From: the human T2T-CHM13v2.0 reference genome, Homo sapiens
Direction: 5' to 3' (one strand)
DNA: 64,000 bases
Assembly (NCBI RefSeq): GCF_009914755.1
Contig: NC_060930.1
Under the pieces are notes generated by a model, which was not told the origin of the DNA, ran no database searches, and was given only the letters and a program-made list of their open reading frames with translations. The position numbers and the translations under genes were made by a program. Positions 59,901 to 64,000 of this stretch are shown one piece after another. How positions within the stretch are numbered: the stretch's first letter is position 1; the number at the start of each line of letters is the position of its first letter.

Positions 59901-62211
59901 AAACTGAAAGAAAAAAAAAAGGAATGACACTCAACAATTAGACACATTTGTATGCATTTGGCCATTCTAAAATTTTTAAAGAATCTAGAAATTCTTTTTC
60001 AAAAGACTGATTTTTTAAACGATACATATCAGAAAAATCTGTCAAACTTCAGTACTTTAGCAATTCAGACCAGTGGCTTGTCAGGCAGCAACAGACAGAA
60101 ACAAAGACCCAAAAAGTAAAGAGTGTCAGAGCAGAAATTGGCTACTCTCTTTTAATAATCTATCCCCTTCCCAAGCTTGAGTGAAGTGGGTCTGATAATT
60201 TTGTTTAAAAGTATCTTCTTGTTTACTACCTCAGTCATGTCTCAAATAAGACTGTTCTAACCTTTTGCTCCTGTTCAAGGCCAAAGCTACTGCTCAGGGC
60301 AAGGTGTGGGGCGAGGGGGCCTTTCTTGAAAGTTCCCTGATGAGTCTGGTTTCTCTGATGCACCAGCTTCTCCTAGCTGGGCCTTTCTGCAGAGTAGACC
60401 CTTCTCCTCTCCAGGTATTGTGTTCCTAAAGGGAGAGCCTGCTACGAATCCCGAGAGGACTCCACCCTCTATCCAGAGCTGCGATCTTTCTTCCCCTCCA
60501 CAACATCCAGCAGGGCCCTGAACACACGAGCCAACAGCAGTTTCAGCAGCACCAACAGAAGCCCCATCATTTCAGGACCGCGGGCTTTTTCCAGAAGCCT
60601 ACGATCCCGTGCCTCAGTAGCACCACCTTTCCCCCAGAGCAGCTTGTCACTGCAAGATAGAGCGTTCTTCAACCCCTTCCCCAAATCAAAGGTCAACTGA
60701 GAAAAGCAGATGTTTATTTTCTTAAGAAAGAATTCACAAGCCCACCAGATAGGGGACCAGGAGGAACCCCAGTCCTAGACCAGGCCTATAGGCTGATGCC
60801 AACACCCCGGGAGAGCTGGTGGGGCCCCATCCTCTACCACCTTCAATGCATGGCCAAAGGGCACTTCAGTAGGGAAAAGTGCTTCTACTGACCACATCTC
60901 TGGCCAACAGAGAAGGCCACATGCTCTGTCCATGCACACCCATCTCCACACCCCTTCCCCACCTAGACTGCAGCGGGGGTGGGAGGCAGACACCGGGGGG
61001 GAGGACTTAGGGGTCAGAGGACTTCGGGAGCATTGGGCCCGCGCCCCGCTAGCCAATCAAGCGCAAGCAGCGACTCGCTAGCCGGAGCCCGCACGGGTGT
61101 ACGAGAGGCCGCTGACCACGCGGCCGCCGTGGACTCGCCCGTGCCCGGGAAGCGGGGTTGCAAGGAGCGGCCGATCCCGGCGCGAATACGCTCGCCAGCC
61201 CGGGGGCTGCACCCCAAAGGTGCCTGAGCGGGCGGTGAGCCCGGAGCAGCTTCGGCCGCAGGGAGGGGCTCAACCTCGGGTGCCCTGGAGACCCGGGTCG
61301 GCCAAAGCCTGGGAATGAGCCGCAGTTGGGAGCGGGAAACCGAAACAGCAATCCTGGAAGAGCGTCGGCCCAGAGAAGGCGCCGCGGAAACGCGGCTCCT
61401 GAGCGAGGCGCAGACAAAGGCTCGGGTGCACACGCGGTGGACGGTGGCTCCGGAGCCGCGCTCTGGGCCGCGGGAAGCCGCACCCGCCCCGACTGGCGCC
61501 GGAGTCGGCCGGGGGCCCATGGGCGCGACCTCCTGCACCCGGAGGTGCTCCTACCCGGCCCCGCCGCGGTCTTCCCGTCCTCACCCTGCTCCCCCTCCAT
61601 CCGCGACCGCGACGCCCCCCTCCTCTGCGCACCGGGCGCCTCCTCTTTCCTCACTGTCTCCCGCCTGCCTGCTTCCTTCTAGCGAACCCCTGCCTTGACT
61701 TTTCTGCTCAATCTTGTCCCCCACCCCCGTGACATGCCTTTCTGCCACCTCTGCCTCAGCGCGCTCTCGGCCCCGCGCCCGCGGGTGGCGAGGAGGAGTG
61801 GCCACGCCACAGTGGGCCCGGGGGCGCATCCTGCGAGTCGGAGGCGGCGGCGCCTTTCTCTTCCACCCTAGCGACCTATTGTCCTTCCCTTTTCTCTACC
61901 AGCCCGGACCCCAGAGAAGCCCGGGACCAACAGGACGCGGCCCGGGGTGGGGGTGCGTCCCCTGGGTGGAGGTGCAACCGTTTCCACCCCGCCAGTCCAT
62001 GCTCTGGATGCCGGTCACTGCGCGGGGTGGGAGGCCGGGCGCCCACTCCGAGTCCTGGAGAACGGCGGTGCCATCACAGTTGGAAGCGCGGGGTTCTGAG
62101 GCCCTGGCCTCCCTCACCCCGGCTACAGGGACCCGGTGGGCTGGACCCCCAAGTGGAAGGAAGCGCATCTGCTCCAGCCAAGTGGCCACAGGCTCAAGAG
62201 GGAGGAACCTA

Positions 62212-63597
<1,386 letters not shown>

Positions 63598-63604
63598 CTA
63601 GTCT

Positions 63605-63610
63605 TCACAT
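63605..63610 (-). other. Start-stop uORF (ATG TGA) upstream of the long-isoform ATG
   Basis: Minus strand acaATGTGA; the only ATG between 63442 and 64000. Confidence 0.6.
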
Positions 63611-64000
63611 TGTGCTCGGCTTGGGTTGCGGGAGGACCCGGGCCTGGGGGCCAGGCCCCGGCGACGGCGCCTGGCTACCCTCAGGCGCGCACAATCGGCG
63701 TCCTCCCGGGCCGGGGCTAGGGACGGCGGAGACCCTCCCTGCAGGCGTGGCGTGGTGTGTGCGCGCTCCGGCGGCTGAGCCTCGGCGGCTTCTCGAAAGC
63801 AGCGGAGAAAAGCGCCGCAGTGCCGCTGCCCGTGGAGGCGGTGGTGGCGGCGGCGGCAGAAGACGCCCACTGGCGGAGCAGGCGCTCCCCACGCCGCCGC
63901 CGCCGCCGCCGCCTTCCGCGCCCACGTAGCGCGCCCCGCGGGACTCGGCCCCTGCGCCAGGCTCCCGCACCCGAGTGATCCTCTGTGCGCCGCCTGCACC

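Overview
Primate (human-like) genomic DNA containing the 5' end of PDE10A (cAMP/cGMP phosphodiesterase 10A) on the minus strand. A CpG-island first exon at the right end encodes a GC-rich 266-aa extension ([10 protein letters not shown]...) in frame with the PDE10A2 N-terminus ([22 protein letters not shown]) and ends at a GTAAGT donor at 62576. The remaining ~62.5 kb is intron 1. It carries Alus, a twin-primed (5'-inverted) L1PA with a nested AluY, THE1/MST/MLT LTRs, Tigger3/MER DNA transposons, L2/MIR relics and a ~1.46 kb (TAGTG/TAGTC)n array that appears to have grown out of a MIR A-box. Best leads: a strong in-phase 3' splice site hidden inside exon 1, a candidate recursive-splice site/78-nt in-frame cryptic exon at 28551-28629, a start-stop uORF and GGC/GCC hairpin in the leader, a palindromic CRE in intron 1, and two locally templated duplications. 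I found no convincing novel protein-coding system. Repeat family names and boundaries come from recalled consensus sequences, not from a database search.
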